DNA of 64,000 nt from an uncultured candidatus Porisulfidus sp. (GTDB lineage Bacteria > Pseudomonadota > Gammaproteobacteria > Poriferisulfidales > Oxydemutatoraceae), in contig OZ244052.1 in NCBI GenBank assembly GCA_965215125.1, positions 1,888,001 through 1,952,000 of the forward strand. The letters are read 5' to 3'. The DNA is not shown here. Positions within the stretch are counted from its first letter, which is position 1. More notes on this DNA, generated by a model that searched no databases, was not told the DNA's origin, and saw only the letters and a program-made list of their open reading frames with translations.

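Noticed and set aside
22634-63967. More than 100 short ORFs (mostly - strand) listed across the second half
   Set aside because: They are antisense or off-frame shadows of the giant + strand gene; e.g. repeated TKPP/DQTAD strings are GGLVG codons read in reverse.

Overview
Bacterial, probably gammaproteobacterial, window with two halves. Bases 1-22.3 kb hold mostly recognisable genes: a lipoprotein, a CbiX/SirB chelatase, YbaN, a MetX-family acyltransferase, an AT-rich type II-like restriction-modification pair, gltA, an amidotransferase-nnr-tsaE-amiB run, a bacterial voltage-gated channel and the fhcBADC C1-oxidation operon. An accessory patch at 12.1-16.2 kb encodes an alphaCTD/sigma4/wHTH-like protein, three DUF1640-like small membrane proteins and a nested MITE/REP cluster. 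The remaining ~41.3 kb (22665 to the window end) appears to be one + strand reading frame. The ORF track misses it because it has no stop codon inside the window. It encodes a giant exported protein of at least ~13,770 aa: Sec-type signal peptide, Calx-beta/Ig-like domains, 18 divergent GLUG (GGLVG) beta-helix modules with Ig/cadherin-like spacers, then about 20 or more tandem cadherin-like beta-sandwich domains. All calls come from reading the sequence by eye; no searches were run. I spot-checked the giant frame rather than reading every codon.
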